From contig OZ252093.1 of assembly GCA_965248175.1 (NCBI GenBank), positions 2,517,762 through 2,581,761 on the forward strand: 64,000 nucleotides of DNA. The letters are read 5' to 3'. Each line of letters starts with the position of its first letter. Position 1 is the first letter of the stretch. A program made the translations under genes and the position numbers. This DNA is from Rhodothermales bacterium. GTDB lineage: Bacteria > Bacteroidota > Rhodothermia > Rhodothermales > VXPQ01. This document shows, piece after piece, positions 56,694-64,000 of this stretch. Below the pieces are notes generated by a model. It saw nothing but the letters and a program-made list of their open reading frames with translations. It was not told the DNA's origin and did not search any database.

Positions 56694-58877
56694 TTAACGG
56701 GCTTGTATGGCTTGCTTAGCCTGCCGCATCAACAGTTCCTGCACCCCATCCTCCTCGTCCCGTGACGTCGGCTGTCGCTGCACATACTGGCCGTCAGGGC
56801 CAAGGTCCCAGGCAAGACGACGATCCTCGAAATACAATTGCAAGATATCCCTGCACCGCTTCCGCAATGCAGGGTCCTCGATTGGAATGATGACCTCCAC
56901 ACGGTCTTCAAGATTCCTTCGCTGCCAATCGGCACTGCCCAGATACACAAGCGGGTTCCCTGCGTTATGGAAACAGAAAATGCGGCTGTGTTCAAGAAAC
57001 CGGCCCACAACGCTGCACACCCGGATGTTTTCGCTATAGCCCGGCAAGCCGGGGCGCAAACGGTTATGGCCCCGCACGATGAGATCAATCTTCACACCCG
57101 CCTGGGATGCTCTGTATAGCTTACGGATCATCCCCGTATCGTCGAGCGCATTCATCTTGGCAATGATGTGGCCATTGCCGTGCGCCTTATGATGCGCCAC
57201 CTCCTGTTTCACGAGTGCGGCGAACATATTGCGCATGTCCCGTGGCGCTATCAACAGTTTTTTGTAATGCTGCTCCGGAGCGTATCCGGTCAGAAAATGG
57301 AACAGGTTAATCGTATCGTAACCGATATCCGCCCGGCAGGTGAGTAGCCCTACATCCGTGTAAAAACGGGCCGTAGCCGGGTTGTAATTACCCGTGCCGA
57401 TGTGACAGTAAGCGCGCAGGCTCCCGTCTTCCTCCCGAATCACGAGCGTCACCTTGGCGTGCGTCTTGAGGCCCACAAGGCCATAGGTCACATGCACCCC
57501 CGCATTTTCGAGCCGCCTCCCCCATTCAATATTGTTTTCTTCGTCAAACCTTGCCTTGACCTCAACCAACACGGCCACTTGCTTACCCCGCTCGGCAGCG
57601 TGAATCAGGGCGTCGATAATCGAAGATTTTTCGGAGGTGCGGTACAACGTCTGCTTGATGGCCAGCACGCGAGGGTCTTCTGCGGCCTCCTCGATGAATC
57701 GTTGCACGCTGCTCCGAAACGATTCATAGGGATGATGCACAAGGACATCTCCGTTACGGATGACCGAAAAAATGTCAGGGCTGTCCTCGGATTCGCCTTC
57801 GAACTGTAACCGCACTGGTATCACGGAACGAAATGGCTTGTACTTGAAGCCGATCCCATTCAGATGGTAGAAAAATGCACAATCCGAATGATCGATCAGA
57901 CCAGTACTCACGTACACATCGTCGGCCGAAAGACTCAATTCGCGCATGAGCAATTTCCGGACACGGGGGGGCATGTCTTGCTCGACTTCGAGCCGGACAA
58001 CGGGAGCGAATCGGCGTTCACGTAATTCATCGGACATCATCTCGATCAGATCGTCCGCTTCTTCCTCGTCCCGATCGATGTCGGCATTGCGCGTGATCTG
58101 AAAGGCATGCGCATGTTCGACTTCCATACCGCGAAGCAATTCATGCAGGTTGTGCTGGATAACCTGTTCCAGCGGCACGTAGTGATTAGGCTCTTCCAGC
58201 GGCACCCACCGCCCCTGACTGGTCGGCACTTTGACGCGGGCAAAGTGTTCGGTGCCGCGCTTGGGGTGGCGTAACAGAATGGCCAGCGAAAGGCTCAGAT
58301 TGGAGATGAACGGAAACGGATGTCCGGGATCTACAGCAAGAGGCGTCAGGATAGGAAAAATATTGGCCTCAAAGTACCGGTGCAATCGCTCCTTCTGCTG
58401 CTGCGAGAGATCGTCGTAGGACAGAATGCGAATGTTCGCACACTCGGCCAACTGCGGGCGCAACGACTTCTCCCATAGAGAAGTCATGGTTGCGTACATG
58501 GGCAACACCGCCTTCCGGATAAGTTGCAACTGCTCGCGGGCCGTCCGCCCGTCCGGAGACAAGGCATGCACCCCGGCGGCTTCCTGCCGTTTGAGGCCGC
58601 CCACGCGCTTGCGAAAAAATTCGTCGAGATTGCTCGAAACAATGGAAAGAAAATGTACACGCTCCATGAGCGGAATACGCTCATCGATGGCCTGATACAA
58701 CACCCGCCAGTTGAAATCGAGCCAACTCAACTCCCGGTTGAAGAACAGATGCGGGTGTTTTTCCACCCGGCCCTTCGGCGCCGGACGAGGAGATGTGGCG
58801 TGCGACACAGGAAACACCGGCGCCGCGCCATCGCCGGAAGATATACTATCCGCGATAACCGGAGTATGGCTACTCAT
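56694..58877 (-). CDS. ppk1: polyphosphate kinase 1
   Basis: 727 aa. FFNRELSWLDFNWRVL N-terminus and two PLD-like HKD-type regions (...THAKVTLV..., ...EHSRIF...). Confidence 0.95.
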   Translation of the reverse strand: MSSHTPVIADSISSGDGAAPVFPVSHATSPRPAPKGRVEKHPHLFFNRELSWLDFNWRVLYQAIDERIPLMERVHFLSIVSSNLDEFFRKRVGGLKRQEAAGVHALSPDGRTAREQLQLIRKAVLPMYATMTSLWEKSLRPQLAECANIRILSYDDLSQQQKERLHRYFEANIFPILTPLAVDPGHPFPFISNLSLSLAILLRHPKRGTEHFARVKVPTSQGRWVPLEEPNHYVPLEQVIQHNLHELLRGMEVEHAHAFQITRNADIDRDEEEADDLIEMMSDELRERRFAPVVRLEVEQDMPPRVRKLLMRELSLSADDVYVSTGLIDHSDCAFFYHLNGIGFKYKPFRSVIPVRLQFEGESEDSPDIFSVIRNGDVLVHHPYESFRSSVQRFIEEAAEDPRVLAIKQTLYRTSEKSSIIDALIHAAERGKQVAVLVEVKARFDEENNIEWGRRLENAGVHVTYGLVGLKTHAKVTLVIREEDGSLRAYCHIGTGNYNPATARFYTDVGLLTCRADIGYDTINLFHFLTGYAPEQHYKKLLIAPRDMRNMFAALVKQEVAHHKAHGNGHIIAKMNALDDTGMIRKLYRASQAGVKIDLIVRGHNRLRPGLPGYSENIRVCSVVGRFLEHSRIFCFHNAGNPLVYLGSADWQRRNLEDRVEVIIPIEDPALRKRCRDILQLYFEDRRLAWDLGPDGQYVQRQPTSRDEEDGVQELLMRQAKQAIQAR

Positions 58878-58883
58878 GTTGCT

Positions 58884-60905
58884 TCAACGTATGATTTGCC
58901 CTTTCTCTAAACGACTCCGCAAAGCTTGTAACTGGATAATATCCTGCTGATACGTACGAATGTCATCGCCACTTGCTTCAGCCCGGGATTGTTCCTCGGC
59001 TCTGCACGCTATGGCTTCATCCACGCGGACAATCTTCAGGCGTTTCATCGCCTGAAGGGCTGCCTCTTCAGGGTTTTCGTCCAGACGGGGTACGACAACG
59101 CCCTTTTTTTGCTCCCAGTTCTCCGACGGTTCTTCCTTGCGCACGGCTACCTCCGCAACGAGCTGCTGTACCTCCGCACCATAGGCCCCGTCAAGAAATG
59201 CCTGCCGGTTCATGGATCCCGCCCGGTGTTGCTCGGCAAAGCCTTCCACCGTACGGCGCGGCGCCCCGGGAGAAAATTCGCCCAGGCTCGTGTTTCCCAG
59301 AATGTAGGTAACCATTGGCAGGCCCTGTTCGAACATCAGGCGGATCAGTATTTTTTCGGTGGAAAGCGTTGTAGAAACAGACGCTCCTTTTCCGGAGGCT
59401 TGCCTGCGCGCCCCCCTGGCAAATGCGTCGCCACTCCGGCTGACGGATCTACCCGTCGGCTGTCTGCCTGCCTCAGACGCCGGACGCCCCGTACGAGCAG
59501 ATCGTCGAAATTCCTCACGTTGTCGGGAGGTCGCCATGCTTTCCAACACATCGTATAGCCTGCCCTCGGGTACGCTGAATATCTCACTTGCCCGGGGCAG
59601 CCATGCCTCTCGCGTCAGGACATCGGGTATACACGCAATGGCCTGGAGTACGGTGCGCATGCCGGCAGCCCGTCCTTCAGGGGTATCGAGCCGCCCGGCG
59701 CGGCGGTCGGCATCATGCAACCAGCGCACGAAATCGACCCGGTGCGTTGCCAGGTAATCCTTGAGAGACGCTCCTTCCCGCTGCGCAATCGAATCGGGAT
59801 CCTCGCCCGCAGGAAGTTCAACCACGTAGACGCTCATGCCTTCTGCGAGCACGATGTCGATACCGCGCCGCGCCGCTTTTTCACCCGCCCCGTCCGCATC
59901 GAACACAAGCACGATACGCTGTGCATACCGGTGCAACAACTGTACCTGCTCGCGGGTCAGCGACGTACCGCAAGACGCAACCGTATTCCGAACGCCGACC
60001 TGGTGCAACGAGATAACATCCGTATAGCCCTCGACGAGCACCGCTTCTTCCTGCTCGCGGATGACTTGCCGGGCCTGATGAAGCCCGTACAATACCCGTC
60101 GCTTGTCATATACGAGCGTTTCCGGGGAATTGATGTATTTCGGCTGGGTATTTCCCTGTTCGCCCGTGGAATCGTCAAGCACCCTGCCCCCGAACCCCAG
60201 CACTTTGCCCATGTGCGAAAAGATGGGAAACATTATGCGGTCCCGGTAGCGATCGTAATGCCCCTCGCCGCTTGTCCGGGGGATGACGAGCCCGGCCTGC
60301 TCCAGCGTTTCGGCGGATATATGTTTCGCTTCCGCCTCCTTAAGCAATCGATCCCAGCCATCCGGAGCGTACCCGGCGCCGAACTCCCTGATCATGGCCT
60401 CCGAATACCCGCGGCGCTGCATATACGCCAGCGCCTTTGGGCCGGAATCGGCCTGGGTCAATTGGGTATAAAAGAACCGGGCGGCAAAACGCAGGGCGCC
60501 GTAGACGGCTTCCATGGCGTCGGCTCGCTCGCGGGACGTCGCCCCCTCCTCCGGCAACTCGATACCCTCTTTTTCCGCGAGGGTACGCACCGCCTCCGGA
60601 AACGACATCCCTTCCACTTCTCTCACGAACCGGAACACGTCGCCTCCTGCGCCGCAACCAAAACATTTAAAAATCCCCAGTTCGGGATTCACACTGAATG
60701 ACGGCGTTTTTTCCTGGTGAAAAGGACATAGCCCGAAAAAACTGGAGCCTTTCTTCTTCAGGCGCACATAGCCGCTCACGACATCGACGATATCCGACGC
60801 CGCACGTACTTCAGCGATTGTGTCGTCCGAAAAATACATGCCGGGGCGCATGTCTTGAAGAATCGGGAAGTTTGTGCCCGGCAGACTTGCCGGAACCGCT
60901 GCCAT
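58884..60905 (-). CDS. dnaG: DNA primase DnaG
   Basis: CHC2 zinc finger CPFHQEKTPSFSV...FKCFGCGAGGDVF, TOPRIM (EGYTDVISL). Start among ATGs at 60905/60851/60839. Confidence 0.92.
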   Translation of the reverse strand: MAAVPASLPGTNFPILQDMRPGMYFSDDTIAEVRAASDIVDVVSGYVRLKKKGSSFFGLCPFHQEKTPSFSVNPELGIFKCFGCGAGGDVFRFVREVEGMSFPEAVRTLAEKEGIELPEEGATSRERADAMEAVYGALRFAARFFYTQLTQADSGPKALAYMQRRGYSEAMIREFGAGYAPDGWDRLLKEAEAKHISAETLEQAGLVIPRTSGEGHYDRYRDRIMFPIFSHMGKVLGFGGRVLDDSTGEQGNTQPKYINSPETLVYDKRRVLYGLHQARQVIREQEEAVLVEGYTDVISLHQVGVRNTVASCGTSLTREQVQLLHRYAQRIVLVFDADGAGEKAARRGIDIVLAEGMSVYVVELPAGEDPDSIAQREGASLKDYLATHRVDFVRWLHDADRRAGRLDTPEGRAAGMRTVLQAIACIPDVLTREAWLPRASEIFSVPEGRLYDVLESMATSRQREEFRRSARTGRPASEAGRQPTGRSVSRSGDAFARGARRQASGKGASVSTTLSTEKILIRLMFEQGLPMVTYILGNTSLGEFSPGAPRRTVEGFAEQHRAGSMNRQAFLDGAYGAEVQQLVAEVAVRKEEPSENWEQKKGVVVPRLDENPEEAALQAMKRLKIVRVDEAIACRAEEQSRAEASGDDIRTYQQDIIQLQALRSRLEKGQIIR

Positions 60906-61001
60906 CCCTTAAAATGGGGTAGGAATGGATAAGGTACGGCGCTCAGCAGCGCTGCATCCGTCCGCCTTCATGCATCCGTAAGGCCAAGATACGATTCTGT
61001 C

Positions 61002-61754
61002 GTGGAAATTTTTGGGATTGATGTCGGCGGTTCCGGAATCAAGGGCGCTCCGGTAGACGTCCGTACCGGTCGCCTCACTACCGAGCGCCTGCGCATACCG
61101 ACCCCGGAGGGAGCTTCTCCAAAAGAGGTCGCCGCCGTAGTGGTGTCCATGCTGGATCATTTCCGCTGGAAAGGCCCGGTCGGATGCGGCATTCCCGCTC
61201 GCGTCAAGCAGGGCGTGGCGCACACTGCCGCAAACATCAGCGACTCCTGGATCGGTAAAGATGCCGCCCGGCTTTTCTCCAAAGCGTCCGGCTGCCCGTT
61301 TGCCATCCTCAACGATGCCGATGCAGCCGCCCTGGCGGAAATGCATTTCGGTGCAGGCCGCGGCCTGAAAGGCGTCGTCCTGATGCTCACCCTCGGCACA
61401 GGGATCGGGTCGGCGCTTTTCGTGGACAACATGCTGATTCCGAACACGGAATTCGGGCATTTCTGGCTGCAGGGCCGAGTCGCCGAGCACTACGCCTCCG
61501 ATCGGGTACGCAAGGAGGAAAATCTGGATTGGGAAACCTGGGCTGCGCGTATGCAGGAATACCTGAGCCACCTCGAACGCCTGCTGGATATCGACACGAT
61601 CATCCTCGGGGGCGGCATCAGCAAACCGAGTCGGAGTGAAAAATTCCTCCACTTGCTACATACGAAGGCCGATCTCCTGACCGCAGAACTCAGAAACGAA
61701 GCGGGCATTGTGGGTGCTGCATGGACGGCCCGCCGTCTGGTGGCAAGCAAATAA
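61002..61754 (+). CDS. ppgK: ROK-family polyphosphate glucokinase
   Basis: [22 protein letters not shown]...RIPTP is the typical PpgK N-terminus. GTG start. Confidence 0.85.
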   Translation: MEIFGIDVGGSGIKGAPVDVRTGRLTTERLRIPTPEGASPKEVAAVVVSMLDHFRWKGPVGCGIPARVKQGVAHTAANISDSWIGKDAARLFSKASGCPFAILNDADAAALAEMHFGAGRGLKGVVLMLTLGTGIGSALFVDNMLIPNTEFGHFWLQGRVAEHYASDRVRKEENLDWETWAARMQEYLSHLERLLDIDTIILGGGISKPSRSEKFLHLLHTKADLLTAELRNEAGIVGAAWTARRLVASK

Positions 61755-61795
61755 TCCGCCTTGCACGACATTCTTGCGGACATTCCTCTGTATAT

Positions 61796-62638
61796 ATGAC
61801 CACTTCCGAACTCGAAATCCGCATCGACGAACTGGCCGGTATGCAGGCGAACGAGGCGCCCCCGGACATCGCGCGGAAAGCCGTAGGCGAAGCGCTGGCA
61901 GCACTTGACCGAGGGGCTGTGCGTGCCGCGTCACGAGACGAAGATGGCGCATGGACCACGCATACCTGGGTGAAACGCGCTATCCTGCTGGGCTTTCGCA
62001 TCGGCATACTCACCGACTATTCCAGTGGTCCCTTTTCATTTCTCGACAAGGATACGTATCCGCCAAGAGCCTTCGATGCGGGGCATCGGGTACGTATCGT
62101 ACCGGGTGGTTCCACGATTCGAACCGGGGCCTACCTCGCCCCCGGCGTCGTTTGCATGCCCCCCATGTACGTGAATACGGGCGCCTACATAGACGAGAAC
62201 ACCATGATCGATTCCCATGCGCTCGTGGGAAGCTGTGCGCAAATCGGCAAACGTGTCCACCTGTCGGCGGCAGCACAGATCGGGGGCGTACTCGAACCGG
62301 TCGGGGCGGTACCCGTCATTATCGAGGACGATGTGTTCGTGGGTGGCGGGTGCGGCGTATACGAAGGGTGCCTTATCCGGGCAGGGGCGGTGCTCGCACC
62401 AGGCGTGGTGCTTACCGGATCGACGCGCGTTTACGATCTCGTGCGGAAAAACATCATCAGACGCAACGAGCAAGGTGTCCTCGAAGTGCCCGAAGATGCA
62501 GTCGTGGCGCCGGGTGCACGCGCCGTCTCGGGAATCTTCGCCAACAAACACCGGCTATCGCTGTACGCCCCCGTCATCGTAAAGTACCGGGACCGGAAGA
62601 CGGATGCAGCCACCGCACTTGAAGAGACGCTTCGATGA
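61796..62638 (+). CDS. dapD: 2,3,4,5-tetrahydropyridine-2,6-dicarboxylate N-succinyltransferase
   Basis: Left-handed beta-helix hexapeptide repeats. ...WVKRAILLGFR..., ...PPMYVNTGAYIDENTMIDSHALVGSCAQIG.... Confidence 0.9.
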   Translation: MTTSELEIRIDELAGMQANEAPPDIARKAVGEALAALDRGAVRAASRDEDGAWTTHTWVKRAILLGFRIGILTDYSSGPFSFLDKDTYPPRAFDAGHRVRIVPGGSTIRTGAYLAPGVVCMPPMYVNTGAYIDENTMIDSHALVGSCAQIGKRVHLSAAAQIGGVLEPVGAVPVIIEDDVFVGGGCGVYEGCLIRAGAVLAPGVVLTGSTRVYDLVRKNIIRRNEQGVLEVPEDAVVAPGARAVSGIFANKHRLSLYAPVIVKYRDRKTDAATALEETLR

Positions 62639-62864
62639 GTTTGTTCGAACCCCTCAATGTCTATTTGTAAAATTTACAATCTGGATTGCTTGTGTAGTAT
62701 CAGATATACCTCCCAATAGAACACCTCGCTCATTCCAACTGGTCAAACCGATACGCCGGTACGTGCATGAAGTATCACGTTACATCTTAATCCCAACACA
62801 ATCTGTCCTGTCAGGCCGAACCACCTCTAACTTCCACAGCGCAAAGATAGTATGTGGAAGAACT

Positions 62865-62915
62865 GCAAAAGACAGAAAGGCGGACCGTATCACTGAAAAG
62901 CGATGCGGCCCGCCT
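62865..62915 (-). terminator. rho-independent terminator of the minus-strand gene 62939-63259
   Basis: On the minus-strand RNA, AGGCGGGCCG pairs with CGGUCCGCCU (10 bp, one G-U), followed by UUCUGUCUUUUGC. On the plus strand the same position is an A-C mismatch. Confidence 0.55.
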
Positions 62916-62938
62916 GAGATTGAAGTTGATTATACCGC

Positions 62939-63259
62939 TCACGCCTTTTTCGCGTAACTCCGTTTCGGCGGCAAATCCTGGCGAAAGACGAAGGCCGTCA
63001 CCTCCTCTCCGCTTTTCGGCGCGGTTTTGACTGTGAATATGCGCCCGTGATGCTTCATCAGATACGCTTTCAGCGGTTGCACCTGCTTCCTGGGGATAAC
63101 AACCCGGAGAACGGTATCTTGCGTTAACAGAGCAGCCCTTTCGGATATGCCGGCATACTTGCTCCGGCGGCCAGGGCGGGTATCGCCACTGCGCGAGCGC
63201 ATGGATGCAAGTTGTGACAGTGCATCATCCCTGGAAAGCGTGGAAGTACGAAATGCCAT
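62939..63259 (-). CDS. hypothetical small basic protein (106 aa)
   Basis: ORF followed by a strand-specific terminator. Sits in a visibly AT-richer stretch. No family recognised. Confidence 0.5.
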   Translation of the reverse strand: MAFRTSTLSRDDALSQLASMRSRSGDTRPGRRSKYAGISERAALLTQDTVLRVVIPRKQVQPLKAYLMKHHGRIFTVKTAPKSGEEVTAFVFRQDLPPKRSYAKKA

Positions 63260-63520
63260 GGTCGGGGTAGGTAGATGAATATGGAATACATGATGCGAGG
63301 TGTGTTGTCAGTATGAAATCCAAAGCGATAGCCCGGACCGGGACACCTCTATAAGATTTTCACACACTCACCACACAAAACGCCCTAACAATTAGCTAAT
63401 ATAAAATACGCCAGCGAACAGTGCAAATATCCAGAGTAGAAGGAACCATACTTTCCCTTAAATCATATCATGGCAATGTTTATTCGGGACAGCAAGCGTG
63501 GTTATCAGGACCTGAAAACA

Positions 63521-64000
63521 ATGATGAATGCGATGCGATACGGCGTGGTAGCGCTGCTGATTGCAACAACATGGGGCTGTGCTTCTACCGAGAGGAGCAC
63601 CAACGTTGATGTAAGCGCCCTGCCGACGCCGGTCATCGATATGTCTCGCTACGAAGACTTCGATCCTTCGCCATATCCCGACGCACCCCTCGACACGCTC
63701 GCGACCATCATGCACGACGTTCCGGCACATCTGATGGAAGGCCGCGCTGCCGAGGGCATCCGATCGGAAGTGCCGGGATTCCGCGTACAGATATTTTCGT
63801 CTATCGAACGCAATGCAGCCATGGAGGCACAAGAAAGCGTACAGGTCTGGTGGCGGGAACAGCACGACGAGGGCGCTGTCCCCGAGGAAACTTTTCCCGA
63901 GGGACTCCCTGTCTACAACGTATACAGCCAGCCGTATTACCGCGTTCGCGTCGGGGACTTTCTGTCGCGCGAGGAAGCCCAAGTGTTGCATAGCGTGCTT
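63521..64000 (+). CDS. SPOR domain-containing lipoprotein (3' end outside window; absent from the ORF track)
   Basis: My own translation: MMNAMRYGVVALLIATTWGCAS... (lipobox), then ...GFRVQIFSS...YNVYSQPYYRVRVGDFLSREEA (SPOR). In-frame upstream ATGs at 63470/63476. Open to the window end. Confidence 0.75.
   Translation, partial: MMNAMRYGVVALLIATTWGCASTERSTNVDVSALPTPVIDMSRYEDFDPSPYPDAPLDTLATIMHDVPAHLMEGRAAEGIRSEVPGFRVQIFSSIERNAAMEAQESVQVWWREQHDEGAVPEETFPEGLPVYNVYSQPYYRVRVGDFLSREEAQVLHSVL

Noticed and set aside
62604-62957. 117-aa plus-strand ORF running from the dapD 3' end across the AT-rich region
   Set aside because: It overlaps the dapD coding end and the minus-strand terminator, and it lacks any protein-like pattern.
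63458-63991. 177-aa minus-strand ORF at the window end
   Set aside because: It is antisense to a plus-strand frame that encodes a lipoprotein signal and a SPOR domain.

Overview
High-GC chromosomal segment, by inference from a Bacteroidota/Rhodothermota-type organism. The lineage guess rests on a TonB-dependent receptor + DUF4249 pair, a PorV/PorQ-family barrel, a Bacteroidetes-type histone H1-like protein, a SASHNPxxWNALK-type GlmM, and little sign of Shine-Dalgarno use. Most of the window is housekeeping: Nif3/DUF164/RNase P RNA/secG, mutY, groES-groEL, ferritin, glmM, ctaA-ctaB plus an ABC-2 exporter, a GH3/beta-lactamase-fold fusion, pstSCAB-phoU, uvrC, spmA/spmB-like genes, dnaE, ppk1, dnaG, ppgK and dapD. 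I saw no rRNA, tRNA or CRISPR array. The most interesting content is: (1) an ebo-type gene cluster (eboA, eboB, eboD, eboE, eboF; product still unknown for this family). Its prenyltransferase gene eboC is missing, and that position holds an opposite-strand, auto-inhibited class II Fic gene. The cluster is flanked by envelope genes (TonB, TBDR, polyprenyl-phosphate GT2, PorQ-like barrel). (2) Three IS events with readable consequences. An intact IS3-family element sits exactly between the last sense codon and the stop codon of a DUF4249 gene. A roughly 208-bp IS3 end remnant abuts the ferritin start codon. An IS5-family element with perfect 18-bp IRs and an 8-bp target duplication splits an exported SLT-like gene after its signal peptide. 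(3) Two genes are absent from the ORF track: a 58-aa histone H1-like protein and a SPOR lipoprotein that runs off the window end. (4) Two unrelated zinc-ribbon proteins have both lost most of their Cys ligands. All functional calls rest on motif and family recognition by eye; no database search was possible.
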